Source: Malacoraja senta (taxonomy: Eukaryota). Taken from it: a DNA stretch of 64,000 nucleotides. The DNA is taken from contig JAXLNO010004250.1 of assembly GCA_038087875.1 (NCBI GenBank), forward strand, positions 62,001-126,000, written 5' to 3'. The notes beneath the pieces were generated by a model. It saw only the letters and a program-made list of their open reading frames with translations, searched no databases and was not told the DNA's origin. The translations under genes and the position numbers were made by a program. Positions 1 to 12,300 of the stretch are shown one piece after another; within the stretch, counting starts at the first letter, position 1, and the number at the start of each line of letters is the position of its first letter.

Positions 1-990
1 CAGTCTGTTAGGTTAGACAAGCACACCTCTTCAACCCTCACACTGAACACCGGCGATCCACAGGGCTGTGTGCAGAACCCCCTCCTCTACTCCCTCTTCA
101 CCTACGACTGCACACCTGTACATGGTACTAACACCATCATCAAGTATGCAGATGATACAACGGTGATTAGCCTCATCAGCAACAACGATGAGTTGGCCTA
201 TAGGGAGGAGGTCCAGCTCCTAGCAGCATGGTGCGCTGACAACAACCTAGCCCTTAACTCCAAGAAGACCAAGGAGCTCATTGTAGACTTCAGGAACTCT
301 AGGGGTGGCACGCACACCCCTATCCTCATTAACGGGACGGAGGTGGAACGTGTTTCCAGCTTCAGGTTTCTGGGGATCAACATCTCCGATGACCTTTCTT
401 GGACCCACAATACCTCAACTCTGGTCAAGAAGGCTCACCAGCTTCTCTTCTTCCTGAGGAGACTAAAGAAGGTCCATCTGTCTCCTCAGATTCTGGTGAA
501 CTTCTACCGCTGCACCATCGAGAGCATCCCTACCAACTGTATCACAGTATTGTATGGCAACTGCTCTGTCTGTGGAAAGCACTGCAGAGGGTGGTGAAAA
601 TTGCCCAATGCATCACCGGTTCCTCACTCCCCTCCATTGAGTCTGTCCAAAGCAAGCGTTGTCTGCGAAGGGCGCTCAGCATCGCCAAGGACTGCTCTCA
701 CCCCAGCCACAGACTGTTTACCCTCCTACCATCCGGGAGGTGCTACAGGTCTCTCCGTTGTCGGACCAGCAGGTCCAGGAACAGCTTCTTCCCTGCGGCT
801 GTTACATTACTCAACACTGTACCTCGGTGACTGCCAATCACCCCCCCCCCCCCCGGACACTCCTCCCACCAGGATTTATTAGATTTATTTATTGCTCATA
901 TTTATGTCGCTCTTCTAGGGAGATGCTAACTGCATTTTGTTGTCTCTGTACTGTACACTGCACAATGACAATAAAGTTGAATCTGAATCT
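1..990 (+). mobile_element. Rex1/Babar-type non-LTR retrotransposon, 3' part (RT C-terminus and 3' UTR), frameshifted
   Basis: ORF 70-597 contains KYADDTTVISLISNNDE. The element ends in caataaagttgaatctgaatctga and is nearly identical to the 3' end of 55950-58445. Confidence 0.85.
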
Positions 991-1300
991 GAGCTGCTCC
1001 AGATCGGTGGCGCTTTGCTGGTCCGTCACTGAACCCTGGGAGGGGCAGCTCTGTTGTCCCAGTGGTAGAAGATGGGCAACAAATGTCCTGTATAATCAGG
1101 GCACAACTACTCAAACCTGGACCGTACAATGGAACAGGGGAGGTGACCACCTGGACCAGGCGGTTATTCCGTGTTGACTCTACACTGCCCCCTGCGGCCA
1201 GGTGTGTGTTGGGATGGTCGAAAATGTCGGATGAATGGTTCGCACGGTTCACGCATTGTATATATTTATTACTTGAATAAAGTCTATTTTGAAAAAAAAA
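990..1300 (+). mobile_element. Probable 3' end of an L1/Tx1-like LINE
   Basis: Ends in gaataaagtctattttg plus an A-run at about 1275-1300. No diagnostic domain remains. Confidence 0.35.
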
Positions 1301-1523
1301 TGGTCAGCTGCAAATCCCCTCATTCCCTCCGCTTCTTTCACCAATGACCTCAGCCCGAGTCCTCCGCTCACAGCCCTCCATCCACAGGGCCCACTTTCCC
1401 CTCCTTCACTGGGGCAACCCGTCCCCATTCTGAACCCCTCTATTCAAATCGTACCCCACCTCACCTTCCCCAGCTCACACACACACCTTTCCCGGATCAC
1501 AGAACTACCCCAGCCTCCCTGCT

Positions 1524-1750
1524 GGGCGGCACGGTGGCGCAGCGGTAGAGTTGGTGCTTCACAGCGCCAGAGACCCGGGTTCGATCCTGACGACAGGTGT
1601 TGTCTGTATAGAGTTTGTACGTTCTCCCCGCGACCGCGTGGGTTTTGCCCGAGTGCTCCAGTTTTCTTCTATAATCCAAAGACAGGCAGGTTTGTAGATA
1701 ATTGGTGTCGGGGAAATTTGTAAAATTGTCCCTCTAGTGCAGGATCGTGC
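1524..1750 (+). mobile_element. tRNA-derived SINE (HE1/V-SINE-like)
   Basis: Head gggcggcacggtggcgcagcggtagag (A box) and gggttcgatcc (B box), followed by the core gagtttgtacgttctccccgcgaccgcgtggg. Confidence 0.8.
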
Positions 1751-2075
1751 TGTTGTACAGGGTCATCTCTGGTCGTCGGGAGAGAAACAAGAGCAAATGA
1801 GAGAATAGAGCCCTGGGAGGCATCGTTCACTGTTTATTCCACTGGACAATATAATCTCACCCCCTGATTATTTTTTATTGTTCCGGCATCTTTTGACTTC
1901 AGAATCATTTTTTGTCCTTTGACAGGTTTGATGATGGGTGACTGAAGAAATTCCCGGGAGAAGGTTTGTCCCGGAACCGACTCCCATGAAAGGAGACTCA
2001 AGGAACAGATTCCAAAGGGAGCCGGGGTCTCGGTGCGGAGCCTGGAGTCCTTTGGCCACCGGTTGCCCTTGGCTA

Positions 2076-2150
2076 CACCGCACAAGGTGTGACTTTTCAC
2101 CCCGCACAAGGTGTGACCTTTCACCCCGCACAAGGTGTGACCTTTCACCC
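2076..2150 (+). repeat. 24-bp tandem repeat x3 in a probable 5' UTR exon
   Basis: Unit cccgcacaaggtgtgacctttcac, followed by a gtgagt donor at 2162. Confidence 0.9.
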
Positions 2151-2285
2151 CCTGGTCAACAGTGAGTGGGGGTGGTGGACACAGGCAGCGGGGACGGAGG
2201 GGGAGGTGGCGATCACAGCTTCCCGCCCATCACGGGTCTAACACTTCTCTCTCTCTCTCCCTCAGGCACTGACCCCTCCACTGGG

Positions 2286-2343
2286 ATGGGAGTGGTTCAC
2301 TGCGCTGTGTTGTTACTGCACAGGATCCTCAGCTCAGTCCACG
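2286..2343 (+). pseudogene. Orphan signal-peptide exon of a butyrophilin-like paralogue (MGVVHCAVLLLHRILSSVH plus phase 1); exon 2266-2343
   Basis: Acceptor ctctctccctcag|, ATG at 2286, donor |gtaatg at 2344. The downstream intron is the inverted paralogue of the intron upstream of the IgV exon at 61865. No plus-strand IgV exon was seen. Confidence 0.7.
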
Positions 2344-2373
2344 GTAATGACAACAACATCTGGTTTGATTTCT

Positions 2374-3100
2374 ATTTATTTATCTCATGGAGGGGGCTTC
2401 ATGGAGTCAGAAGATTCATATTTTAAAATAGCTAATTTTAATGCAGTTGTCCACATCACTTAATACGATCAGGTAGGAGGTTCTTCCTCCCTCTGTGGGC
2501 GATGATGTGAACTGCAGGAGTAGGAGGCAACTTCATTTTTGTGGATAATCAGGATAGCGGGAAGCAGATAGTGGGTGCCGATCGTTTTTCTCTCTGTGTG
2601 GCAAGATAGAAGGAGTGGTGTCCCACGGGGATTGGTGTTGAGACCCTGACGTTATATAAAAATATAATCGTGAACTACCTGTGAACATTTTCATATCCTG
2701 TTTTCATCCCTGGATTATAACGTCATGTGATAGGAGCAGATGAATGTCATTCCGCCCATCAAGTCTACTCCGCCATTCAATCATGGCTGATCAATATCTC
2801 CCTCCCTAACCCCATTAGAGATCGAGTGATACAGTGTGGAAACAGGCCCTTTGGCCCAACTCACCCACACCGGCCAACAATTTCCCCACGGCACTAGTCC
2901 CACCTGCCTGCGCTGGGTCCATATCCCTCTAAACCTGTCCTATCCACGTACGTGTTAAACGATGGGGTAGTCCCAGCCTCAACAATCTCCTCTGGCAGCT
3001 TGTTCCATACAACCAGCAACCTTTGTGTGGAAACGTTGCCTCTCGGATTCCTATTAAATCATTTCAATTAATTAAATCTATTAAATTTGATATCTATTCA
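2374..3100 (+). repeat. Inverted segmental paralogue of about 62727-64000 (BTN-like intron 1)
   Basis: tttatttatctcatggagggggcttc...attaaatttgatatctattca is the reverse complement, with scattered substitutions, of the window's right end. Confidence 0.9.
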
Positions 3101-5886
3101 TAGAAACATAGAAAATAGGTGCAGGAGTAGGCCATTCGGTCCTTGGATCCTGCACCGTCATTCAATATGATCATGGCTGATCATCCAACTCAGTATCCTG
3201 CACCTGCTTTCTCTCCATACCCCCTGATCCCTTTAGCCACAAGGGCCACATCTAACTCCCTCTTAAATATAGCCAATGAACTGGCCTCATTCTGTGGCAG
3301 AGAATTCCAGCGATTCACCACCCTCTGTTTAAAAAATGTTTTTCTCATCTCAGTCCTAAAAGATGTGCCCTTTATCCTTAAACTGTGACCTCTTGTTCTG
3401 GACTTTCCCAACATCGGGAACAACCTTCCTGCATCTCTCCTGTCCAACCCCTTAAGAATTTTGTAATTTCTATATGATCCCCCATCAATCTTCACAAGCC
3501 GAGTCTATCCAGTCTTTCTTCATATGAAAGTCCTGACATCCCAGGAATCAGTCTGGTGAACATTCTCTGTACTCCCTCTATGTCAAGAATGTCCCTTCTC
3601 AGATTAGACCAAAACTGTACGCAATACTCCAGGTGTGGTCTCACCAAGACCCTGTACAACTGCAGTAGAACCTCCCTGCTCCTATACTCAAATCTTTTTG
3701 CAATGAATGCTAACATACCATTCGCTTTCTTCACTGCCTGCTGCACCTGCATGCTTACTTTCAATGACTGGTGTACCATGACACCCAGGTCTCGTTGCAT
3801 CTCCCCTTTTCCTAATCGGCCAACATTCAGGTAAGAGTCTACTTTCCTGTTTTTCCCACCAAAGTGGATAACCTCACATTTATCCACATTATACTGCATC
3901 TGCCATGTATTTGCCCACTCACCCAGCCTATCCAAGTCATCTTGCAGCCTCCTAGCACCCACCTCACAGCTAACACTGCTCCCCAGCTTCGTGTCATCCT
4001 CAAACTTGGAGATGTTGCATGCAATTCCCTCGTCCAAATCATTAATATATATTGTAAATAGCTGGGGTCCCAGCACTGAGCCTTGCGGTACCCCACTAGT
4101 CACTGCTTGCCATTCTGAAAAGGACCTGTTTACTCCTACTCTTTGCTTCCTCTGCCAGCCAGTTCTCTATCCACATCAATACTGAACCCCCAATACAGTG
4201 TGCTTTAAGATTGTATACTAATCTCTTATGTGGGACCTTGTCGAAAGCCTTCTGAAAGTCCAGATATAACGCACCCACTGGTTCTCCCTTATCCACTCTA
4301 CTAGTTACATCCTCGAAAAATTCTATAAGTTTCGTCAGACATGATTTACCTTTCGTTTTGTGCTGCAATCCCATCTTTAATAACTGACTCTAGCAGTTTC
4401 CCCACTAGCGATGTTAGACTAACTGGTCTGTAATTCCCCATTTTCTCTCTCCCTCCCTTTTTTAAAAGTGAGGTTACATTAGCTACCCTCCTATCCTCAG
4501 GAACTACTCCAGAATCTAAGTTTTGAAAAATTATCACTAATGCTTCCACCATTCCTGGGGCTACTTCCTTAAGTACTCTGGGATGCAGCCTATCTGGCCC
4601 TGGGGATTTATCGGCCTTTAATCCATTCAATTTACCTAACACCACTTCCCTGCTAACCTGCATTTCACTCAGTTCCTCCATCTCATTTGACCTGCGGTCC
4701 CCTGCTATTTCCGGCAGATTATTTATGTATTCCTTAGTGAAGACTGAACCAAAGTAGTTATTCAATTGGTCTGCCATGTCCTTGTTTCCCCATGATCAAT
4801 TCACCTGTTTCTGACTGCAAGGGACCTATATTTGTTTTAACTAATCTTTTTCTCTTCACATACTGTATCTATAAAAACTTTTGCAGTCAGTTTTTATGTT
4901 CCCTGCCAGTTTTCTTTCATAATCTATTTACCCTTTCCTAATTAAGCCCTTTGTCCTCCTCTGCTGGACTCTGAATTTCTCACAGTCCTCTGGTAGGCTG
5001 CTTTTTCTGGCTAATTTCTACGCTTCATCTTTTGTTTTGATACTATCCCTGATTTCCCTTGTTATCCACGGATGCACTACCTTCGCTGATTTATTATTTT
5101 GCCAAACTGGGATGAACAACTGTTGTAGTTCATCCATGCAGTTTTTAAATGCCTTCCATTGCATATCCACCGTCAACCCTTTAAGAATCAACTGCCAGTC
5201 AATCTTGGCCAATTCACGTCTCATACCGTCAAAGTTATCTTTCTTTAAGTTCTGAACCCTTGTTTTTGAATTAACAATGTCACTCTCCATCCTAATGAAG
5301 AACTCAATCATATTATGGTCACTCTTGCCCAAGGGGCCACGCACAACAAGACTGCTAACTAACCCTTCCTCATTACTCAATACCCAGTCTAGAATTGCCT
5401 GCTCTCTCGTTGGTTCCTCTACATGTTGGTTTCGAAAACTATCCCGCATTCATTCCAAGAAATCCTCTTCCTCAGCACCCCTGCCAATTTGATTCACCCA
5501 ATCTATATGTAGATTGAAGTCACCCATTATAACTGTTTTACCTTTGTTGCACGCATTTCTAATTTCCTGTTTGATGCCATCCCCAACTCCACTACTACTG
5601 TTAGGTGGCCTGTACAAAACACCCACTAGCGTTTTCTGCCCCATAGTGTTTCGCAGCTCTACCCATATCGATTCCACATCCTCCAAGCTAATGTCCTTTC
5701 TTTCTATTGCGTTAATCTCTTCTCTAACCAGCAACACTACCCCTCCTCCTTTTCCTTTATGTCTATCCTGAATATTGAATATCCCTGGATGTTCAGCTCC
5801 CAGCCTTGGTCACCCTGGAGCCATGTCTCCGTGATCCCAACTATATCATAATCATTAATAGCTATCTGCACAATCAACTCATCCAC
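3099..5886 (-). mobile_element. CR1 LINE family A, 5'-truncated, degenerate ORF2 (APE and RT)
   Basis: Minus-strand ORFs with GVPQGSVLGP, KF(E)DDTK and VIMGDFN. The 3' tail reads catagaaacatagaaa on the plus strand at about 3099. Confidence 0.95.
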
Positions 5887-6085
5887 CAACACCGGGAACT
5901 CCCCCCCCCGCCCTCACAACCACCCCCCCCCGCACAACCACCCCCCATACCGTGACAGCACTCGGACAATACTCTTATAATAATTATTATTATCAGGCTT
6001 TATTAAACGTTAAGTTAAAAGTGAAAAGTCACAAACTGGGGCGGAGCCACAAGGGGGGGGAAAGAATATCTGCGTCGCCGTCGGG

Positions 6086-6170
6086 TCACAGACTGAAGCC
6101 CGCGATGTGCAAATTACTGCCGTTAATGACGGCATTTTGACCGGATTTGGCGTCGCGCCCCGGACACTCC
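6086..6170 (-). CDS. Terminal coding exon of an unidentified gene ((K)ECPGRDAKSGQNAVINGSNLHIAGFSL*)
   Basis: Acceptor gccggtgccccag| at 6172/6171, phase 2 matching the upstream exon, TGA ending at 6086, and AATAAA at 6004-5999. Confidence 0.65.
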
Positions 6171-6179
6171 CTGGGGCAC

Positions 6180-6680
6180 CGGCGGGGGGGTGGTGGGTAG
6201 AGAGTCCCCGGGGCACAGGGGTGGGGGCGATTGTTGCTGACAATCCCTGAGGAGGGGGTGGAAGGGAAAGGGCTGTGTAGGGGAGGGTTGAATAGAGGGA
6301 GGAGGGGGTCGGGGAGGTGGGAGGAGGGGAGAGGGGGTGGGGATGGGTGAGGGAAGGTGGGGGGATGGGTGAGGGAAGGTGGGGGGGATGGGGTGTGGGG
6401 GCTAGGGGGGTTGGATGAGTAGAGGATGGGATGGGGCATGCCGCAGGCAGGCCTGGGGTCCCAGCGAGGGAGAGGGGGGTGGGGTGAGTGGGGATGGGTA
6501 AGGTAGGGGTGAAGGAGGGGGGTGGGGGATAAACGGGGACTTTGGGGGAGGGGAGAGGCAGGGGAGGGGGATAGTAGGGGAAGAGTGATGTAGATGGTGG
6601 GGGAGGGAGTGGGTAGGGGAGGAGTTGGGGATGGGTGGGTTAGAGGAATAAGGGGGTGGGGTGGATGGGGGAGGGGGGGG
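6180..6680. repeat. G/purine-rich low-complexity intron
   Basis: Dense G-runs such as gggatgggtgagggaaggtggggg. Source of the Pro-rich spurious ORFs. Confidence 0.85.
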
Positions 6681-6754
6681 ACACGCCGCAGACAGGCCCC
6701 AGGCCTCAGCGACGCCCCCCGCGAGGTGCCCGGGAACCCAGCCTCTCCGCTCAC

Positions 6755-7016
6755 TTGGTGTCGGTGCCCGGCCCGGGCCGTCTCCTGGCCGACCAGAGCT
6801 GCCCGTGGATGGTGAGCGCGTCCACGTTGGGCGAGAGGATCTTGGAGGGGATGAGGTGGAACTGCTTGTGGTCCGAGTGTACTTGTACAGCCCCTCGATC
6901 ATCTGCAGGTGGATCAGCTTGGGCCCGGTCCCCACAGCCTCTGGGGCGGCGGCGCCGTAATCCGTTCGCAGTCTCTCCGCGAACGCAGCTTCGCACCCGG
7001 CTCCGTCTGCTCGCGT
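6755..7016 (-). CDS. Penultimate coding exon of an unidentified gene, with a probable 1-nt deletion near 6882
   Basis: Acceptor tctccccaccgtctag|, donor |gtgagc. Strongly GC3-biased codons read TRADGAGCEAAFAERLRTDYGAAAPEAVGTGPKLIHLQMIEGLYKY, then switch frame to SDHKQFHLIPSKILSPNVDALTIHGQLWSARRRPGPGTDT. Confidence 0.65.
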
Positions 7017-7539
7017 CTAGACGGTGGGGAGACGGCAGACGGTCAGGACTGGAGGGGGGGGGGGGAGGTGGGGGTGGGAGCGGGACCGGTCCCCACCTCT
7101 CCCCGTCCCCCAACCACTGTGACTCTAAAAACATTTGCGAACCCCACACCCCGCTCCGCACTTTCCGCCCCCCCACGACCAATCACAGGGTCACCGCACC
7201 CCACCGTGACCTCACCAGCCCTCCCCCCTCCACCACTGCGTATTCTTTCCCCCGCCCTCGCGTACTCCCCTCCTCCCCTCCATACTCCCCCTCCATACTC
7301 CCCCTCCCCCGATGAAACCTAACCCCGGGTCCCCTCACTCCGCATTCCCTCGCCCCCCCGATGGGACCTAACCCCGGGTCCCCTGCGGGCGGGTGTGGGA
7401 CCCGGGGCCCAGGAAGCCGCAGCCTCGGCCGCCTCGGCGAGATCACTGAAGAGGGGGAGAGGATGGTGAAACCCACCTCGGCGGGGACGGATATCGCCTC
7501 CCCCAAACAATACCACGCCCCCCCATCACGTCGTATCAA

Positions 7540-8215
7540 CTTCAAAGTCGTCTTGTTGTGTCTCATTGTCTGTAACTTGTTCTCTCCAACAACGAACAAT
7601 GGCCTGTTTCCTTTTATCATCGTTACTTTTCAGCATATCTTTCATTTGTGCAATATCTCTCTAAATCACCGTCTATATCTCTCGTTTCCCTTTCCCTAAC
7701 TCTCAGTCTGAAGAAGGGTCTCCGCTGAGTTACTCCAGCACTCTGTGAAACGTCATCTATCCATGTTCTCCACAGATGCTGCCTGACCCGCTGAGTTACT
7801 CCAGCACTCTGTGAAACGTCACCTATCCATGTTCTCCACAGATGCTGCCTGACCCGCTGAGTTACTCCAGCACTCTGTGAAACGTCACCTATCCATGTTC
7901 TCCACAGATGCTGCCTGACCCGCTGAGTTACTCCAGCACTCTGTGAAACGTCACCTATCCATGTTCTCCACAGATGCTGCCTGACCCACTGGAGTACTCC
8001 AGCACTCTGTGAAACGTCATCCATCCATGTTCTGCACAGATGTTGCTGACCCGCTGAGTTACTCCAGCACTCTGTGAAACGTCACCTATCCATGTTCTCC
8101 ACAGATGCTGCCTGTCGCGCTGAGTTACTCCAGCACTCTGAAACGTCACCTATCCATGTTCTCACATATGCTGCCTGTCCCGCTGAGTTACTCCAGCTTT
8201 TTGTGTCTATCCACG
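7540..8215 (+). mobile_element. Penelope-like element terminal fragment ending in a 66-bp tandem array (about 7 units, about 7722-8198)
   Basis: cagtctgaagaagggtctc, then repeats of cactctgtgaaacgtcacctatccatgttctccacagatgctgcctgacccgctgagttactccag. The family call is inferred from the CTGAAGA...GAAACGTC motif. Confidence 0.7.
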
Positions 8216-8314
8216 TTGTCTAGAATGCGGAGCTGCGCACCTGGTACAGACTGGGAACTGCAGAAGCTTGGTTTTCAAAATGGGGACATTTTTCCCTCAT
8301 CTACCTGTCCAATC

Positions 8315-8650
8315 TTCTAAGATTTTTTTGTTTCTATTAGATCCCCTCTCATCCTTCTAAATTCCAGTAAATACAAACCCAGTCGACCCATCCTTTCATC
8401 ATATGTCAGTCCCGCCTTCCCGGCAATTAACCATGAAAACCTATGCTGCACACCCTCAATAGTAAGAATGTCCTTCCTCAAATTTCGAGATCAAAACTGC
8501 ACACAATACTCCAGGTGTGGTCTCACTAGGGCCCTGTTCAATTGCAGTAGGACCTCTTTGCTCCTATATTCAACTCCTCTTGTTATGAATGCCAACATGC
8601 CATTGCCTTTCTTCACTGCCTGCTGTACCTGCATGATTACTTTCAGTGAC
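8315..8650 (-). mobile_element. CR1 RT fragment
   Basis: Reverse complement encodes a decayed version of the RPHLEYCVQFW region. Confidence 0.8.
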
Positions 8651-9334
8651 TGACACTAAATGCTGGAATAACTCAGCGGGACCGGCAGCATCTCTGGTGG
8701 GAAGGGACTGAAAAAGAGTCTGAGGAATGTTCTCCCCTTCCTCTGTATAACAGCTGACAATGTCTTCCCGGCTGTAATCAGGCAACTATGTTATCCTGCC
8801 ACAACTAGACGGCAATGCTTACTACTATCTACCTCTTTGGTGACCCTCAGACTATCCTTGATCGGACTTTGCTGGCTTTACCTTGCACTAAACGTTATTC
8901 CATTGTCATGTATCTATACACTGCAAATGGCTCGATTGTAATCATGTACTGTCTTTCCGCTGACTGGATAGCATGCAACAAAAGCTTTTCACTGTCCCTC
9001 GGTACACGTGACAACAAACTACACTGAAATGTGCTAACTAGTCTGGGCACAATGTGCCCTGAACACCACAAGCCCACAAGGTAGAAACAAACAATTGTAG
9101 ATGCTTTGGTTTACACCAAAGATAGACACAAAGTGCTGGAGTAACTCAGCTGCTCAGACAGCATCTCTGGAGAATGTGGATGGGCGATGACAATTCTAGC
9201 TATTGAGGGAGTGCAGCATAGGTTCACCAGGTTATATTCCCGGGATGGCGGGACTGTGATATGTTGATAGAATGGGGCGGCTGGGCTTGTACACTCTGGA
9301 ATTGAGAAGGATGAGAGGGATTTTTATTGAAACA

Positions 9335-12300
9335 TGCAGATGATACTAAGATAGGTGGTGTGGATAATGAAGTAGATTTTCAAAGTCTACAGAGAGATTT
9401 AGGCCATTTGGAAGAGTGGGCTGAAAGATGGCAGATGGAGTTTAATGCTGAAATGTGAGGTGCTACATCTCGGTAGGACAAATCAAAATAGGACGTACAT
9501 GGTAAATGGTAGCGAATTGAGGAATGCAGTTGAACAGAGGGATCTAGGAATAACGCATAGTTCCTAGATCAATTTTCACACATAGACTGGGAAACACATT
9601 CTGTAAAAGGGCTGGATGGTTTGGAGTTTGTAAAATGTGTGCAGGATAGTTTTTAGCAGCAATACATAGAGGTACCTACTAGAGAAGGGGCAGTGCTGGA
9701 CCTCCTGTTAGGAAATGAGACAGGGCAGGTGGCGGAGGTAAGCGTTGGGGAGCCACTTCGGGTCCAGTGATCACAATACCATTAATTTCAATATAATTAT
9801 GGAGAGGGTCAGAACTGGACCTAGGGTTGGGATTTTTGATTGGAGAAAGGCTAACTTTGAGGAGATGCGAAAGGGATTTAAAAGGAGTGAATTGGGACAT
9901 GTTGTTTTATGGGAAGGATGTAGAAGAGAAATGGAGGACATTTAAAGGTGAAATTTTAAGAGTACAGAATCTTTATGTCCCTGTTCGGTTGAAAGGAAAT
10001 AGTAAACATTGGAAAGAGCCATGGTTTTCAAGGGAAATTGGACACTTGGTTCAGAAAAAGAGAGAGATCTACAATAATTATAGGCAGCATGGAGTAAATG
10101 AGGTGCTTGAGGAGTATAAAGAATGTAAAAAGAATATTAAGAAAGAAATTAGAAAAGCTAAAAGAAGATATGAGGTTGCTTTGGCAAGTAACATGAAAGT
10201 AAATCCAAAGGGTTTCTACAGCTATATTAATAGCAAAAGGATAACAAGGAATAAAATTGGTCCATTAGAGAGTCAGAGTGGACAGCTATCTGCAGAGCCA
10301 AAAGAGATGGGGGAGATATTGAACAATTTCTTTTCTTCGGTATTCACCAAGGAGAAGGATATGGAATTATGTGAGGTAAGAGAAACAAGCAGAGTAGCAA
10401 TGGAAACTATGAGATTCAAAGAAGAGGAGGTGTGGACACTTGAAAAATATGAAAACGGATAAGTCTCCAGGTCCTGACAGGATACATAGATACATAGAAA
10501 ATAGGTGCAGGAGTAGGCCATTCGGCCCTTCGAGCCTGCACCGCCATTCAATATGATCATGGCTGATCATCCAACTCCCGTACCTGCCTTCTCTCCATAC
10601 CCCCTGATCCCTTTAGCCACAAGGGCCACATCTAACTCCCTCTTAAATATAGCCAATGAACTGACCTCAACTACCCTCTGTGGCAGAGAGTTCCAGAGAT
10701 TCACCACTCTCTGTATGAAAAAGTTTTTCCTCATCTCTGTCTTAAAGGATTTCCCCCTTATCCTTAAGCTGTGACCCCTTGTCCTGGACTTCCCCAACAT
10801 CGGGAACAATCTTCCTGCATCTAGCCTGTCCAACCCCATAAGAATTTTGTACGTTTCTATAAGATCCCCTCTCAATCTCCTAAATTCTAGCGAGTATAAG
10901 CCAAGTCTATCCAGTCTTTCTTCATATGAAAGTCCTGACATCCCAGGAATCAGTCTGGTGAACCTTCTCTGCACTCCCTCTATTGCTATAATGTCCTTCC
11001 TCAGATTTGGAGACCAAAACTGTACGCAATACTCCAGGTGTGGTCTCACCAAGACCCTGTACAACTGCAGTAGAACCTCCCTGCTCCTATACTCAAATCC
11101 TCTTGCTATGAAGGCATTCATAGCATTCGCTTTCTTCACTGCCTGCTGCACCTGCATGCCTACTTTCAATGACTAGTGTACCATGACACCCAGGTCTCGC
11201 TGCATCTCCCCATTTCCTAATCGGCCACGATTTAGATAATAGTCTACCTTCCCGTTTTTGCCACCAAAGTGTATAACCTCACATTTATCCACATTATACT
11301 GCATCTGCCAAACATTTGCCCACTCACCCAGCCTATCCAAGTCACCTTGCAGTCCCCTAGCATCCTCCTCACAGCTAACACTGCCCCCCAGCTTAGTGTC
11401 ATCCGCAAACTTGGAGATGTTGCTTTCAATTCCCTCGTCCAGATCGTTAATATAAATTGTAAATAGCTGGGGTCCCAGCACTGAGCCTTGCGGTACCCCA
11501 CTAGTCACTGCCTGCCATTGTGAAAAGGACCCGTTTACTCCTACTCTTTGCTTCCTGTTTGCCAGCCAGTTCTTTATCCACATCAATACTGAACCCCCAA
11601 TACCGTGTGATTTAAGTTTGTATCCTAATCTCTTATGTGGTACCTTGTCGATATTCCCGAGGACGTTGAGGGAAGTTAGTGTAGAAATAGCAGGGGCTAT
11701 GACAGAAATATTTCAAATGTCATTAGAAACGGGAATAGTGCCGGAGGATTGGCGTACTGCGCATGTTGTTCCGTTGTTTAAAAAGGGTTCTAAGAGTAAA
11801 CCAAGCAATTATAGACCTGTTAGTTTGACGTCAGTGGTGGGCAAATTAATGGAAAGGATACTTAAAGATAATATATATAAGCATCTGGATAAGCAGGGTC
11901 TGATTAGGAACAGTCAACATGGATTTGTGCCTGGAAGGTCATGTTTGACTAACCTTCAAGAATTTTTCGAAGAGGTTACTAGGGAAATTGATGAGGGTAA
12001 AGCAGTGGAAGTTATCTATATGGACTTCAGTAAGGCCTTGACAAGGTTCCTCATGGAAGGTTGGTTAAGAAGATTCAATTGTTGGGTATTAATGGTGGAG
12101 TAGCAAGATGGATTCAACAGTGGCTGAATGGGAGATGCCAGAGAGTAATGGTGGATGGCTGTTTGTCAGGTTGGAGGCCGGTGACTAGTGGGGTGCCTCA
12201 GGGGTCTGTGTTGGGTCCACTGTTGTTTGTGATGTACATCAATGAACTGGATGATGGTGTGGAAAATTGGATTAGTAAGTATGCAGATGATACTAAGATA

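Noticed and set aside
1524-1600. tRNA gene
   Set aside because: A and B boxes belong to a SINE head. There is no complete cloverleaf and a SINE core follows.
1945-2150. STAT/IRF-like promoter motifs (ttcccggga, gtgaaaagt on the minus strand)
   Set aside because: Imperfect short matches expected by chance.
6180-7320. Pro/Gly-rich ORFs of 137-222 aa
   Set aside because: Mostly G-rich intronic low-complexity sequence. Only the two delimited exons are supported.
7319-7620. Possible upstream exon of the unidentified gene
   Set aside because: No consistent acceptor and GT donor pair giving phase 0 was found.
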